Shown: positions 49,655-62,681 of the stretch, piece after piece
Position numbering within the stretch: the stretch's first letter is position 1
Layout of the letters: the number at the start of each line of letters is the position of its first letter
Source of the DNA: Narcine bancroftii
Taxonomy: Eukaryota
Direction of reading: 5' to 3'
Assembly: GCF_036971445.1 (NCBI RefSeq)
Contig: NC_091473.1
Location: 191,580,001 to 191,644,000 of the forward strand
Length of the DNA: 64,000 nt
Notes under the pieces: model-generated
The model's database searches: none
What the model saw: only the letters and a program-made list of their open reading frames with translations
What the model was told of the DNA's origin: nothing
Program-made: the position numbers and the translations under genes

Positions 49655-52600
49655 ATTCCCAAGTAAATTTATTTCCCATAAATATTCAACATATACAATA
49701 CAATAAAACCATGAAACAATGTCTTCACACAATGAAAAATAAACAAGAAAAATGTCTCATCTACTTTTACACACTGGTTCAAGTCGTTTTGTCTTCTTAT
49801 CTGCTGATCTGTTCTATTGCTGAGGCGAACAATGAGGGGGATAGTGGACATCCCTGAATAGTTGACCTACTTAATTTAAATTGATTCGATACATATCCAT
49901 TTACTGCTACCTTCGCCAACAGTCCATTATATAATGCTTTAATCCAATTTATATATATTTTCTGGTAGATTGAACTTCTGTAATACTTTAAATAAGTAGT
50001 TCCACTCTACTCTGTCAAAGGCTTTTTCTGCGTCTAAAACAACAGCCACTGTTGGTTTTTTATTTCTTTGAACTGCATGAATTAGATTAATAAGTTGACA
50101 GATATTATCTGCTGTTCGTCTTTTCTTAATAAATCCAGTTTGATCTTGTTTTACTATTTTTGGTACACAATCGGCCAATCTGTTTGCTAATAATTTCGCT
50201 GTTATCTTATAATCTGAGTAAAGTAGAGATATTGGTCTATATGTTGCTGGTGTTCATGGATCTTTCCCCGTCTTTGGTATTACTGTAATTATTGCTGTCT
50301 TACATGAATCTGGCAAGTTTTGTGTTTCTTCTATCTGGTTCATTACTTCCAGGAGAGAAGGAATTAATAACTCTTTAAATGTTTTGTAGAATTCTATTGG
50401 AAATCCATCCTCTCCTGACATTTTATTGTTTGGTAGCTTTTTAAATATATCCTGTACTTCCTCTACTTCAAATGGTTTTATTAGTTTGTTTTGTTCCTCT
50501 TCCTGCAATTTCAGCAGTTTAATTTTAGCTAAAAATTCCTCTATTTTATCATCTTTCCCCTCGTTCTCAGTTTGGTATAATTGTTCATAAAATTCCTTAA
50601 AGTTCTCAATAATCTCCATTGGATTATATGTAATTTGTTTGTCCTTTTCCCTTGATGCCAATACAGTTCTTTTAGCTTGTTCTGATTTAAGTTGCCAGAC
50701 TAATATTTTATGTGTTTTTTTCTCCCAGTTCATAATACTTTTGTTTTATTTTCATTATGATCTTCTCCACCTTGTACATTTGTAATGTTTCGTATTTTAT
50801 TTTTTTGTCCGCCAATTCTCTCTTTTTCGTTATATCATCCCTTTTTACTAGTTCCTTTTCTGTACTTACTATCTCCCTTTCCAACTGCTCTATTTCCCGA
50901 TTGTAGTCCTTTTTCATCTTAGTTACATAACTTATTATCTGCCCTCTAATGAAGGCTTTCATTGCATCCCATAATATAAATTTGTCTTTTACTGATTCCG
51001 CGTTTATTTCAAAATATGTTTTAATCTGGCATTCAATAAACTCTCTAAATTCCTGCCTTTTAAGTAGCATGGAGTTTAACCTCCATCTATATGTTCTTGG
51101 TGGGAGACCTCCAGTTCTATTGCTAATAACAGGGGTGAATGATCAGATAGTAATTTAGCTTTATACTCTGTTTTCCTAACTCTCCCTTGAATATGGCCTG
51201 ACAACAAAAACATATCAATCCTTGAGTATGTTTTGTGCCTACTCGAATAATATGAGTATTCCTTCTCTCTTGGGTGCTGCCTCCTCCATATATCCATAAG
51301 TTTCATTTCCTGTATTGATTTAACCATAAATTTGGCTACTTTATTCTTTTTGTTCGTCTTTTGTCCAGTTTTATCCAACATTGGATCCAAATTAAGGTTA
51401 AAATCCCCTCCTATCAATATATTTCCTTGTGTATCTACAATCTTCAAAAAAATATCTTGCATAAACTTTTGATCCTCCTCATTAGGTACATATATATTGA
51501 GCAAATTCCAAAATTCTGAATATATCTGACACTTTATCATTACATACCTCCCTGCCGGATCTATCATTTCCTCCTCTATTTTGATTGGTACATATTTGTT
51601 AACTAATATAGCTACACCTCTAACTTTTAAATTATATGATGCTGCCTCTACCCAGTCTCTCTTTAATTTGTTATGTTCCGCTTCAGTTAGATGCGTTTCC
51701 TGCACAAATGCTATATCTATTTTTTCTTTCTTCAGTAAATTTAATAGCCTCTTCCTTTTAATTTGGTTATGTATTCCATTAATGTTTATAGTCATATAGT
51801 TCAACGTGGCCATCTCATATCTTGCTTAGACCTCTTTTCCGCTTTCTCACCACCACCATCCCCCTTTCCCTCATTTTCATCTCTCAGTTTTCCCTTTTTA
51901 AACTCAATGTACGACAACACATTTAAAACATAAAATACTCCAACAATTCCCACACCCAATAATACCTTAACTCCAAATGCTTCCCCCTCTCTGAGTTTCC
52001 CCTTATCCCTTGCTGGGCAACCACAATTCTCCTTTCCATTTGGATCGTGATCCTGTTTGTGTCAACTGATTTCACAGTGACAGTTATTCTCTCCCCCCAA
52101 GCCCCCCCAGAAAACATTTTTTTCCCACATCTCACAAAGCTCTCTATTTTTTCCCCTTACTTCCTTTCTTCCCTTCTCTTTCCCTTCTTTAGTTCTTTAC
52201 ATATACATTGTTTTTACATTTTTATATATACTTTATCGTCATTCTTCATTCTTGTTACATCTCTTCCTCTCTCCTTCTGTCCTGCAAATGTTCTGCGAAT
52301 TCTTGCACTTCCTCCAGATCTGAGAACAGTCTGTTTTTCTCCCTGGGTATAAATATTTTAATCACAGCTGGATGTCTTAACATGAATTTATAACCTTTTT
52401 TCCATAGCATCGATTTTGCTGTATTAAACTCCTTCCTCTTCTTTAAGAGTTCAAAACGTATGTCTGGGTAAAAAAATATTTTTTGACTCTTGTATTCCAA
52501 TGGTTTATTGTCTTCTCTAACTTTATTCCTTGCCCGTTCCAATATATTTTCTCTTGTCGTGTATCTCAAAAATTGTTACTAAGATGGATCTTGGTTTTTG

Positions 52601-53768
52601 ATGTGCCTGTGGTTTCGGAGCTAATGCTCTGTGAGCCCTTTCTATTTCCATTCCTTCCTGCATTTCTGTCGTTCCCAGGACCTTCGGGATCCATCCTTTT
52701 ATAAATTCCTTCACGTCTGGGCCTTCTTCACCCTCCTTCAGACCCACTATTTTTAATGTTGTTTCACCTACTATAATTTTCCAACATATCAATTTTCTGA
52801 GATAACACCTTGTGTCTCTTTAATTTTTTTTATAACTTTCTTCCAATTTTCCTCTTAAGTCATTTACTTCCATTTCTACAGCCGTTTCCCACTCTTCCAC
52901 ATTCTCTACTCTTTCCCCTATTTCTGTCATTATCAGTTCTAACCTTTTCATTTTATCTTCTGTTCTTTTCATTTTTATTTTAATTGGACTAAATTCTAAT
53001 GACAACCATTTAATGCTCTCATTTGTTCTTGAAAAAAAGCTTTATCTATATATTCTGTCCATCTGTTTTACCTTCTATTTCTCTGTGAAGATCTTGGTCT
53101 TCATCCTCTTCTTCTGTGTCTGTAACTGTGTTTGTGCCTTCTTCTTCTCTTCTTTGTATCTGTGTCTCTTCTGTTTTTCCTGATGAACTGTTTATATCTC
53201 TTTGTTGGGCCTCGTCTTGCTGGGCCTCCTGCCGTTGATCCTCTTGTCGGTCACCCTGCCATCTTTCTCCCTCATCTGTTTCCTTGCGCCCTCCTCTGCT
53301 GCCTTCCTCATCCTCCAGCTGAGCTCCCTGGTGTCGGGTGTCCCTCAGCTGGTTGTGTTGTGGCTGCCCGCTCCTCTGCTGAGCCCCCCTCCTGTCAGTG
53401 TTTTCTTTTTCCTTTGATTGCGCACTTTTGTTTGGCTCCGAGAGCCATTTTTGAAGTTCACCAATCGGAGGGTCATGACTCCGCAGGGCAGGCAGTAACC
53501 TTGGGAAATGGTCACTCCTCGCCACCACAGCTCCCTGTTCCTTCGTGCAGGTAAGGCCTTCTTCTTTCTTCTCGGGTGACTTTTCTTTTTTTTTTCAGTT
53601 GATTTTACTTTCTCCTTCTTGGGTGCCATTTTCTTTCTCTTCTTTGCAACTTTATCTATTTCTTATATTTTATATTTGTTGAGCTTTGTCTTTTCCTAAC
53701 TTTTTTCCTTTATTTCCGGAGAGGGCTGGTTTTACCTGATTGGCCACTACTCCATCACGTGACTCCCC
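49655..53768 (-). mobile_element. L1-clade LINE with intact 5' end and an internal deletion of the 3' half of ORF2
   Basis: Same 5' terminus as the 35.7-41.7 kb copy. ORF1, EN and the RT N-half are present; the RT breaks off after QGCPLSP (about 49810) and joins 3'UTR-like sequence. Confidence 0.9.
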
Positions 53769-55029
53769 TCAACAATAAAAGAATCTTGAGAATGTAACAA
53801 AGATCTGGATGGTTGGAGAAGAACATAGGGAGTGGTTGCACAAGTCGCACAAGATGTGTTTGTAGGTGTTCAATGCAATCACTCTTTCTCCTTGTTCATT
53901 TGATTCCGAATTAGCTTGTACTCTATATTCCCATTCATTTGGTCCATTTTTGCAGCGTTGGATGGCGTAGCTGGAGTGTGAGGTGTTACCCGTCCCATCC
54001 CCTCGCCGACAGGTCTACCCGTGGTCTCAAGCACTGACAGACTGAGACCATTCGCAAATTGGAGGAACAACCATCTGGGTATCCGCCAACTGGATGGCAT
54101 TAACCTTGTCTTCCCCGTTTCCTGTTAACCCGCACCCCATCATCATCATCCCCCACCCCCCATCTCCCTTCCTCCAGATCTGTCCCGAAAATTGATCTTT
54201 TTTTAACTTAAATGTAAGTTTTATATTTAAATTTTTTTTAGACTTACAGCATGGTAACAGGCCATTTCAGCTTGTGAATCTGTGCACCCACTTCACACAC
54301 AATTAACCCACACCCCCGATACATTTTGAAGGGTGGGAGGAAACCTGAGTCCCCAGGGAAAATCCATGCAGTCACGGGGTGAACGTACAAACTCCTTACA
54401 GACAGTGTGGGGTTCAACCCCGGTCCCAATACTTGGCACTGTAAAAGCGTTGAGCAAACTGCTACACCAACCATGCGGCATTCTCTCTCTCTCTCTCTTT
54501 CTCTGTCTGTCTCTTTTCATAGAGCCAAAATCAATTCACACCTCTCCTCTTATCTTATCCAATTAACACCTTTTGTTGGTCTGGACCCCTTTCCCTCTTA
54601 TTCTTCCCCCTTTCTCTCCCCAGCCTTTATTCAAGTGTCTGTAAAAACACAGTACTGGAGAAACTCAGCAGATCAAATAGAGCACTTGCTCTATAGCAAG
54701 GACCAGTGTTTCGGGCTTCAGATGATCTGACATACTTTGATGAAGGGCACAAGCCTGAAACGTTGGTTTCTTTGCTACATAAAGGACACTGTTTGACCTG
54801 CTGAGTTTCTCCAGCCTCATGTTTTTACTCCAACCATGGTGTCTGCAGACTTTACTCCTTTATTTGGATGCCCGTCTGCTTTTTGCTTATACTTTGAAGA
54901 AGGAGTCAGTCTTTACCTCCTACGGACACTGGAAGACTGGCTGAGTCCTCCCAGCATTTACTGTTTACTACAATCGCAGCATCCGCAGACTTTTGTGTTT
55001 CACACCATTCTCATGTCGTTTACTCACAG

Positions 55030-55062
55030 ATTTACGCTCAACTGGCGATCAACACCCTCTGA
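55030..55062 (+). CDS. VJ-C1 receptor gene terminal exon: IYAQLAINTL*
   Basis: gtttactcacag acceptor, phase 0 matching exon 5. Encodes a YxxL motif, then TGA, then AATAAA at 55253. Confidence 0.75.
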   Translation: MYAQLAINTL

Positions 55063-55252
55063 TATGGAAAGGCAGTGTGATGACCGTTCTCCAATGCGAA
55101 CGTCGAAAGGTTCCGATCTCGTCAGCCAAAGTCTCCCTCAGAGCTTCCTCAATGCCAGACCTTGATCGATGGTAATGAGGACCAAGCGTTACCCCCTGCC
55201 TCCATACTGTTCACCCTGTTTAAAGTTCACCCCATATCCCAATGACTGCTTC

Positions 55253-55258
55253 AATAAA
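55253..55258 (+). terminator. polyadenylation signal of the VJ-C1 receptor gene
   Basis: AATAAA about 190 nt after the predicted stop, with T-rich sequence downstream. Confidence 0.65.
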
Positions 55259-57599
55259 TTATATTTTGAGATAAAGTATGGGTTTTTTTTGGTCATGCCT
55301 CGGACAAGAGGGCACAACTTCAGGAATGAAGGGCGACCGCTTAGAATGGAGACATGGAGGAATTTCTTCAGCCAGATGGTAGTAAATCTTTGGAATTCAC
55401 AGGCGGGTGTGGAGGCCGGGTCTTCGGGTGTATTTAAGGCAGAGATTGATAGATCTTGATTAGCCAGGGCGTCAAAGGTTACATTGGACAATTTTTGTCA
55501 AAATGCGAATGCAGAAAATGAATTTTCAATGACACAGTATAGAAAAGAGAGAAGATGAGTGTAGTGTCTGTGGTTCATTGCCCATTCACAAGTCTTTTGT
55601 ACAGTTGGGAGCTCGTCTTCAGGCTCCTGTACCTCCTTCCTGATGGTGGCAATGTGAAGAGGGCCTGGCCTGCATGGTGGGGGGTCCTTGAGGATAGAGG
55701 CTGCTTTCTTGAGACACTGCCTCTTGTAGACATCCTGGATGGAGTGAAGACTGATGCCATGATGGCGCTGGCTGAGTTGAGAAGTCTCTGTGGAATTTTC
55801 CCACCCTGTGCACTGACTGACACCCCTGCACCAGAGAGTGATGCGACTGGTCAGAACGCTCTCTGCGGTGCCCAGGTAGAAATCTGCGAGAGTCTTTGGT
55901 GACATGCCGGGTCTCCTCAAACTTCTCATGTAGCCCAGCCACTGGCAATTCTTCTTTGTGATTGCCTTGACGCGGAGGCCCCAGGAGTGATCATCCAGGA
56001 TGATGACACCCAGGTCCTTGACCCTCTCCACTGCTGACCCCAAGATGAGGACTGATGCCACAGAACGGTGTTAGAAGTAAACTGCTCATCCAAGATATTC
56101 ATGAAACAACATTTATTTATTGTATATATGAACACATCAGGTCATCAGCCAGTCCACCAGGATGTAGATGGAGTAGATCTAGCCATCTATGTTCTGGTGG
56201 ACCGGCTGGAAGACGTGGGGCTGCAGCATCCAAGGAGGGCCGGACAGGAGAAGAGGCGGTGTGAACTACTCGGGCCTCCTCCGGGCCTAGTGCTGAGCCT
56301 AGCTGTTGGTGTCCGTTCGCATCTCTTCCTCCTGGCTTGCATTAGCAGCCGCGCTTGCAGTCCGGGCCACTGAAAGGAGAGCGTCTCGGAGCCGGGGAGC
56401 GGGACGAGGGCAGGAAGAAGTCGGACCAGGATTCGGTTACGGATGGAGTTCCCTCCTCCTGGGGTGGGTCCAAACCACCTGCTGCCTTGCGGGCTTTGCC
56501 TCTTCAGGCTAAGGCTAGGAGAAAGTGACTCTGACGTGGGACCCAGTGGGAGGCACCTGTCCTCGGCTCGCCCAGCCATCAGTATCTGGAAAAGGGCCCC
56601 AGCTCTGGGCAAATACCACATGTCAGTCTGGCAGCAGGGGCTGGCGGCCATGACAGAGCCCAGGAAACAGTTTCCCCAGCGGTCTGCAGCAGCAAACCCG
56701 GTGGGCGAAGGGTCCGTAAGGGGAAACAGGCAGCGAGCGCGGTCTTGGAACAGACTACTTTGGGGCAATCCCGCATCACTCTGGCTGCCGTGCCTCGCAC
56801 TCTGCCAGGCTCAGTGACGTGGGACCCAGTGGGAGGCACCTGTCCTGGCAAGCACTCACCTCCAAGTCCTTGCCCACGGTGCCTAAAGCTCCATGGAAAA
56901 CAGCTCTTCTGCGAGGACAGAAGAGCTACAAGGCACCGCGTTCATCTTCGCTCGCGAAGGGATGGGCCATGATGATGATATGAACACTTGTCCTGCACGT
57001 GTGTTATGTCTGGTTGTGTGTCTGCGTGTTTTGCACCAAGGACCGGAGAACTTGTACAATCAAATGGCAATAAACTTGAAACCTTGAGCGTGTGACGTGC
57101 AGGGAGGATTTGTGCTTGAAGACAGTGGCCCAGAACAGTCACAACCGTCACATTCCCCATATTTCTGACGAACTGGCCCCTTTGTGGAGCTAAATCAATT
57201 GCTGGCTCTTCCAGGAAACTGAGCTCAGCAGTGGGTGGACCGATGGAAACTGCACTGAAATAGAACAAAGTAATTTCTTGTTGCGGGACGGATGTGTGAT
57301 GTTTGATCATTGAACGAAATTCAATGCTTCGCATTTCATTCTGTGATCTAAAAATACACGCAGTTCAGAAGCCAAAATACTACAATGAATGGTTACTGTC
57401 GAAGGTTGGCTATCATTTTCCAGAATTCTATAGATTGTAGAATAAATCCTGAAAAAATGGGGGGGGGGGGGGGTGCGAAATCTGATGCCACCACTGTAAC
57501 AGCTTTTAAGGTGGGGTTGGGAGAAAAAAAAAGAAATGAGAGAAGAAATGAAAGAGCAGAGAGAGAAGGGGAGAGAAAGAGAGAACAGAGAGAGATTCC

Positions 57600-58683
57600 G
57601 TGTGTGTGTGTGTGAGCCTGTGTATCTGTGAATGTGTATCTGTGAATGTGTCTGTGTGAGTGTGTGTGTCTGTGTGTTTGAGTGTGAGTTTGTGAATGTG
57701 TGAGTGTGTGCGCGTGTGTCTGTGTGAGTGAGTGTGTGTCTGTGAATGTGTGTCTGTGTGAGCGTGTGTGTGTGTCTGCGTGTCTGTGAATGTATGTCCG
57801 TGTGAGTCTGTGTGACTGTGAATGTGTTTCTGTGAGTATCTGTGAGTGCGTGTCTGTGTGTCTGTGAATGTGTGTCTGTGTGAGCATGTGTGTGAGTCTG
57901 CGTGTCTGTGAGTGCGTGTCTGTGTGAGCGTGTGTGTGAGTCTGCGTGTCTGTGAATGTGTGTGTGAGTGTGAGTCTGTCTGTGAATGTGTGTCTCTGTA
58001 AATGTGTGTGAGTCTGCGTGTCTGTGAATGTGTGTCAATGAGTGAGTGTGTGTCTGTGAATATGTGTCTGTGTGAGTGTGTGTGAGTCTGTGAATGTGTC
58101 TCTGTGTTAGTGTGTGTCTGTGAGTGAGTCTGTGTGTCTGTGAGTGTGGGTGTGAGTCTGTGTCTGTGAATGTATGTCTGTGTGAGTGTGTGTGTGAGAG
58201 TCTGTGAATGTGTCTCTGTGTTAGTGTGTGTCTGTGAGTGAGTGTGTGAGTCTGTGAATGTGTGGCTGTGTGTGAGTATGTGTGTATGAATGTGAGTCTG
58301 TCTGTGAATGTGTCTGTATGAGTGTGTGTGTGAGTGTGTGTGTGTCTGTGAGTGTGTGCGTGCATCTGTGTGTGTGAGTGTGTGTCTGTGAGTGTGAGTC
58401 TTGTGTCTGAATGTGTGTCTGTGTTTGAGTGTGTGTCTCTGTGAATGTGTGTCTGTGTGAGTGTGTGTGTGTCTGTGAGTGAGTGTGTTTGTCTGTGAGT
58501 GTGTGCATGCATCTGTGTGTGTGAGTGTGAGTCTGTGTGTCTGTGAATGTCTGTCTGTGAGTGTGTGTGTCTTGTGTCTGTAAATGTGTGTCTGTGTGTT
58601 TGAGTGTGTGTGTCTGTGTGTGAGTGTGAGTCTGTGAATGTGTGTGTCTGTGAGTGTGTGTGTGTGTGTGAGAGAGAGAGAGA
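57600..58683. repeat. Degenerate (TG)n-rich simple repeat ending in (GA)n
   Basis: About 1.1 kb of TGTG/TCTG/TGAG/TGAA units. Confidence 0.97.
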
Positions 58684-61600
58684 AAAAACAGGACACTAAA
58701 CCACAGATTAGTGGGGAAAACAACAGAGGCTACAATGAGGGACGAGAAAGCATGACATTTAAAAACATCAGAATCTTGCAAGATTTAAATCACCTCCCAT
58801 CCTTCTTCGCTCCAAAGAGAAAAGTACCAGCTCTGCTAATTTTGCCTCGTAAGATGAATTTTCCATCCAGGTGACATCCTGGCGAATCGCGAATCTCCTC
58901 TGCGCCCTCTCCACATCCTTTCGATAATGAGGTGACCAGAACTTCAGATACCAGAGTGGGATCAGGCGGATCAATAATTGCAATGAAGTGGGCGGGGGGC
59001 AGCTTATGGCATTTGAATTTTATGTTTCTCCAACTTCCTACATGATACGACGAATCTGAAATGATCTTTCCGTTCGGTTTGAAGTGGTCTACCATCATCC
59101 CTAATTTTTCATGGTTCAGGAACCTTTTGAAGAAGAAATTGTTGTCCAGTGTATTCGTGACCAGGGTCTCCAAATGAGATGTGTTGACAGAGATTTCCTC
59201 TTCATTGGAAGCAGTAGGGTCAAATACTTACACCGTGAGAAGGGGATTTGTTTGCCTGAGACACGTTGCCAGTGGCAAATGTTCCGGGGTGGGGGTGGGG
59301 GAGGTGGGGTGGGGGTGGGGGCGGGGAAAGAGTCTGGTTTATCGCCGATCCCCCAAACACTTCTCGATTTAAAAAAAAATATTTGCAATACGGTATTGAC
59401 ATAATTGAGACCCGTGCCGCCCAATTGCACCCAATTAACCTACAACCCAGTACGTTTTGGGTTATCCCGAAAACCCACGCAGATGCAGGGAGAAGGTATA
59501 AACTCCTCACAGACAGGGCTGGATTCAAACCCGGGTCCCCGGCGCTGTGAAGAGCATCGCCCAAACCCTATTCATCTCTGCTCCCCTTGAGCCAAGGTTC
59601 CTGCAGGCAGCGTGAACTTCGACCATGGGCTCGAGGGAGTTAAGTTTCCTTCTTTAATAATAAAAGTTCACGAAAACGACACCACATCGGATTTTAAGGT
59701 TACAGTTATCCTGACCTGAGCTGCCATTTGCCCGAGACCGATATTTCTCAACCTGCAGCCAATGGGGTTGATAACGGAGATGCCGAAAGGCAAATAATTA
59801 TTGATATTTGCGCCCATCTCTGAAAAGGGATCCTTGGCTTCCTCTTCAGAAGGTCACAGTCAGCGCGGATCCTCACTGACAATCAAGGATGTGCCCTTCG
59901 CCCACTGCTCTGCACCCCTGGCTGAGTGGGGCCAGGCGCAGTTCAAAGGCCCATCTCCAAATTCGCCGATGACACCACGGTCGACGGTAGAATCACAGTC
60001 GGTACTGAAGAAGCGTGCAGGTTGACTGACACCGCATCCGCAACCTAGGTGAAATGAAGGGCCTGATTGTGGACTTCAGGAGGGGGAAACGAAGAGGACA
60101 CGAACCAGTCCTCGTGGTGGGGTCAGCAGTGCAAAGGGTTATTTAAGAGAGAGTTAGATTTAGTACTTGTGACTAGGGGGATCAGGGGGTATGGAGAGAG
60201 AGCTGGAACAGGGTACTGAGTGGATGATCAGCCATGATCAAAATGAATGGCGGTGTAGGCTTGAAGGGCTAAATGGCCTACTCCTGCACCTATTTTCTAT
60301 GTTTCTAAGTTAAGAACGTCAAATTCCCGGGTGTCAACATCCCCGAAAGTCCCTCCTGTGGGGTTGGGGGGGGGGGGTGGGGTGCAGTCATGAAGAGGGT
60401 TCACCAATGGCTATACCTGGTGAGTTTGAGGAGACTTGCAAATTTCTACTGATATGCTGTGGAGGCATTTCATCAGGTTGCATCACTGTGTGGTCCGGAG
60501 GCGCGAATGCACAGGATGGGAAGAGACTACAGAGAGTTGTGAACTCGGCCATCATGGGCATCAGTCTTCGCTCCATCGAGGACATCTACAAGAGGCGGTG
60601 TCTTAAGAAAGCAGCCTCTCTCCTCGAGGACCCCCCACCCACCACCACCCAGTCCACGCTCACTTCACGCCTCTACCATCAGGAAGAAGATAAACACCCA
60701 GCGGCCCAGAAACAGCTTCTTCCCCTCCGCCGTCAGATTCCTGAATGAACAATGAACCCCAGGCCTCACTTTCTGTTCCTTTTGCACCAATTGAAGTATT
60801 TAAAAAAAAATGTAATTTATAGGAATACTTGTACCTGTGACGCTGCCACAAATCAACGAATCTTGACTGAAAATTCTGACTTTGCTCTATCGATGAGACT
60901 ATTCGAGACATTGGTGAGGCCAAGTTGGGAATACTGTGTGCAATTTTGGCCCCCAAATTATAGGAAGGATATCAATAAGGTTGAGAGGGTGCAGAGAAGA
61001 TTTACTAAAATGATGCCTGGATTGCAGTATCCAAAGAAAGATTGAGTAGACTGGGTCTTTATTCATTGGAGCGTAGAAGGTTGAGGGGGGTTTGATCGAG
61101 GCATCTAAAAATTATGAGGGGGATAGATAGAGAAGATGTGAATAGGTTCTTCCCCTTGAGGGTAGGGGAGATTGGAACGAGGGGTCATGAGCTAAGGGCT
61201 AAAGGTTTGGAAATAACATGAGAGGGGGCCTCTTCACTCAGAGAGGGTGGCTGAGTGGAATAACCTTCCGGAAGAGGTGGTTGCAGCAAGGTCAATTTCT
61301 GTCATTTAAGAGAAGGTTGGATGAGTGCATGGATGTGAGGGGATTGGAGGATTATGGGCAGGGAGTAGGTAGGTGGGACTATAGGAGATCACTTAAATTG
61401 GTGCGGACCAGAGGGGCCGAGATGGCCTGTTTCCGTACTGTTATATGGTTATAAACACCGAATTAAAAAAAAACGTAGACCAAACCATCAAAGTCTGTGG
61501 ACACCGTGGTTGAAGTAAAAACACAACGCTGGAGAAACTCAGCAGGTCCAACAGGGTCTTTTATGTAGCAAAGATAAAGATTACAGAACCGACATTTCGG

Positions 61601-61946
61601 CCTTGAGCCCTTCAACAAAGTGTATTTTGTTAACCAAAAAAAAAACATAAAATGAGGTTGAAATTTGTAGATAAAAATTATATAGTCTTGTTCCGTTATA
61701 ATATGATATATTTAAATTACATAAAGTCAAAATGTTACTGTTGAAGAAAGCTTCAGGAAAAAAATTCAAATATTTGCGAAGTCTGGAAGAAGTGCCTGGT
61801 CTTCGTTATTGAACATCCCAGCAGCAGTGGGAGTAATAACCGGTTCACTGTTGTATGGGTTTATATGCACTTCCAGCCCGGGGTGTCACAGAGGAGGGTT
61901 CGGCAGTCCCCGGGTTAATTATTTTCTCCAACGAGGCACAAAACAA

Positions 61947-62009
61947 TCAGGCAGGCAAAGAGGAGGAGCCAGCAAAGTGGAGAGAGGTGTAAATACTTGG
62001 GGCGTCGGA
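61947..62009 (-). CDS. Terminal exon of the convergent receptor gene with ITIM: SDAPSIYTSLHFAGSSSLPA*
   Basis: gtcccctgcag acceptor, phase 0. SIYTSL matches the ITIM consensus [ILVS]xYxx[LVI]. TGA stop followed by unique, then AT-rich, 3'UTR-like sequence. Confidence 0.72.
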   Translation of the reverse strand, partial: SDAPSIYTSLHFAGSSSLPA

Positions 62010-62681
62010 CTGCAGGGGACATCAAACATGTAAAAGGCATCACAAACTATGTCCGACTCTTATCGAGCCACAGAGTTTTACAAGAATTCTCCCCGTGTCT
62101 GCCTGGCTCCAGTTTCATCCCACCCTTCAAAGAAGTACCGGGAGGGGGGGGGGGTCGTCAATTGGGCGTAATGGAGCAGTACGGGCTCGTGGGGCCGAAA
62201 GGACTTGTGCCTTCTAAATCTTAAATCAGGATCGAGGCAGCGCCGACCTTCCTCTGCTCGACTTATTCTCAACGTACTCCCGCTGATTGAAGCCAATAGA
62301 ACGGCCGCAGCAGCACAGAAGACAGGCCCTTCTAGTCAGTGCTGAACTATTTTTCGCATCCGCTCCCCTCCCCATCCATAGACCTCTCCATGTTTTCAAT
62401 GCTGAAGTTGAGCCCGCATTCACTGGCTCAATTCGTTCTCTGCGTGAAGTTCCCCAAATGTACCCACCCCCCCTAAATATTTCCCCTTTCACCCTTAACC
62501 TTGTCCTCTAGCCCAACCTCAGTGGGAAAAAAAGCCGACCTATATTTACTCATAGACCCATCATCGTTTTGTATACATTAAACATGGATTTCATTTCATA
62601 AATCCATGCTGACTTCATTTTATATCCGACCCCAAACACCTTATCCGCGAATAACATAACGGGTTCATTTATAGTGCTTAC

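Noticed and set aside
57307-58781. His/Thr-rich ORFs of about 400 aa
   Set aside because: Translation of the TG-rich simple repeat.
59232-59255. Possible 24-nt minus-strand micro-exon (cag...GTAAGT)
   Set aside because: It lies downstream of the partner gene's stop codon, with no compatible neighbouring exons or recognisable product.
59900-60050. Possible coding exon between the two receptor genes
   Set aside because: Contains KFADDTT, a LINE reverse transcriptase fragment.
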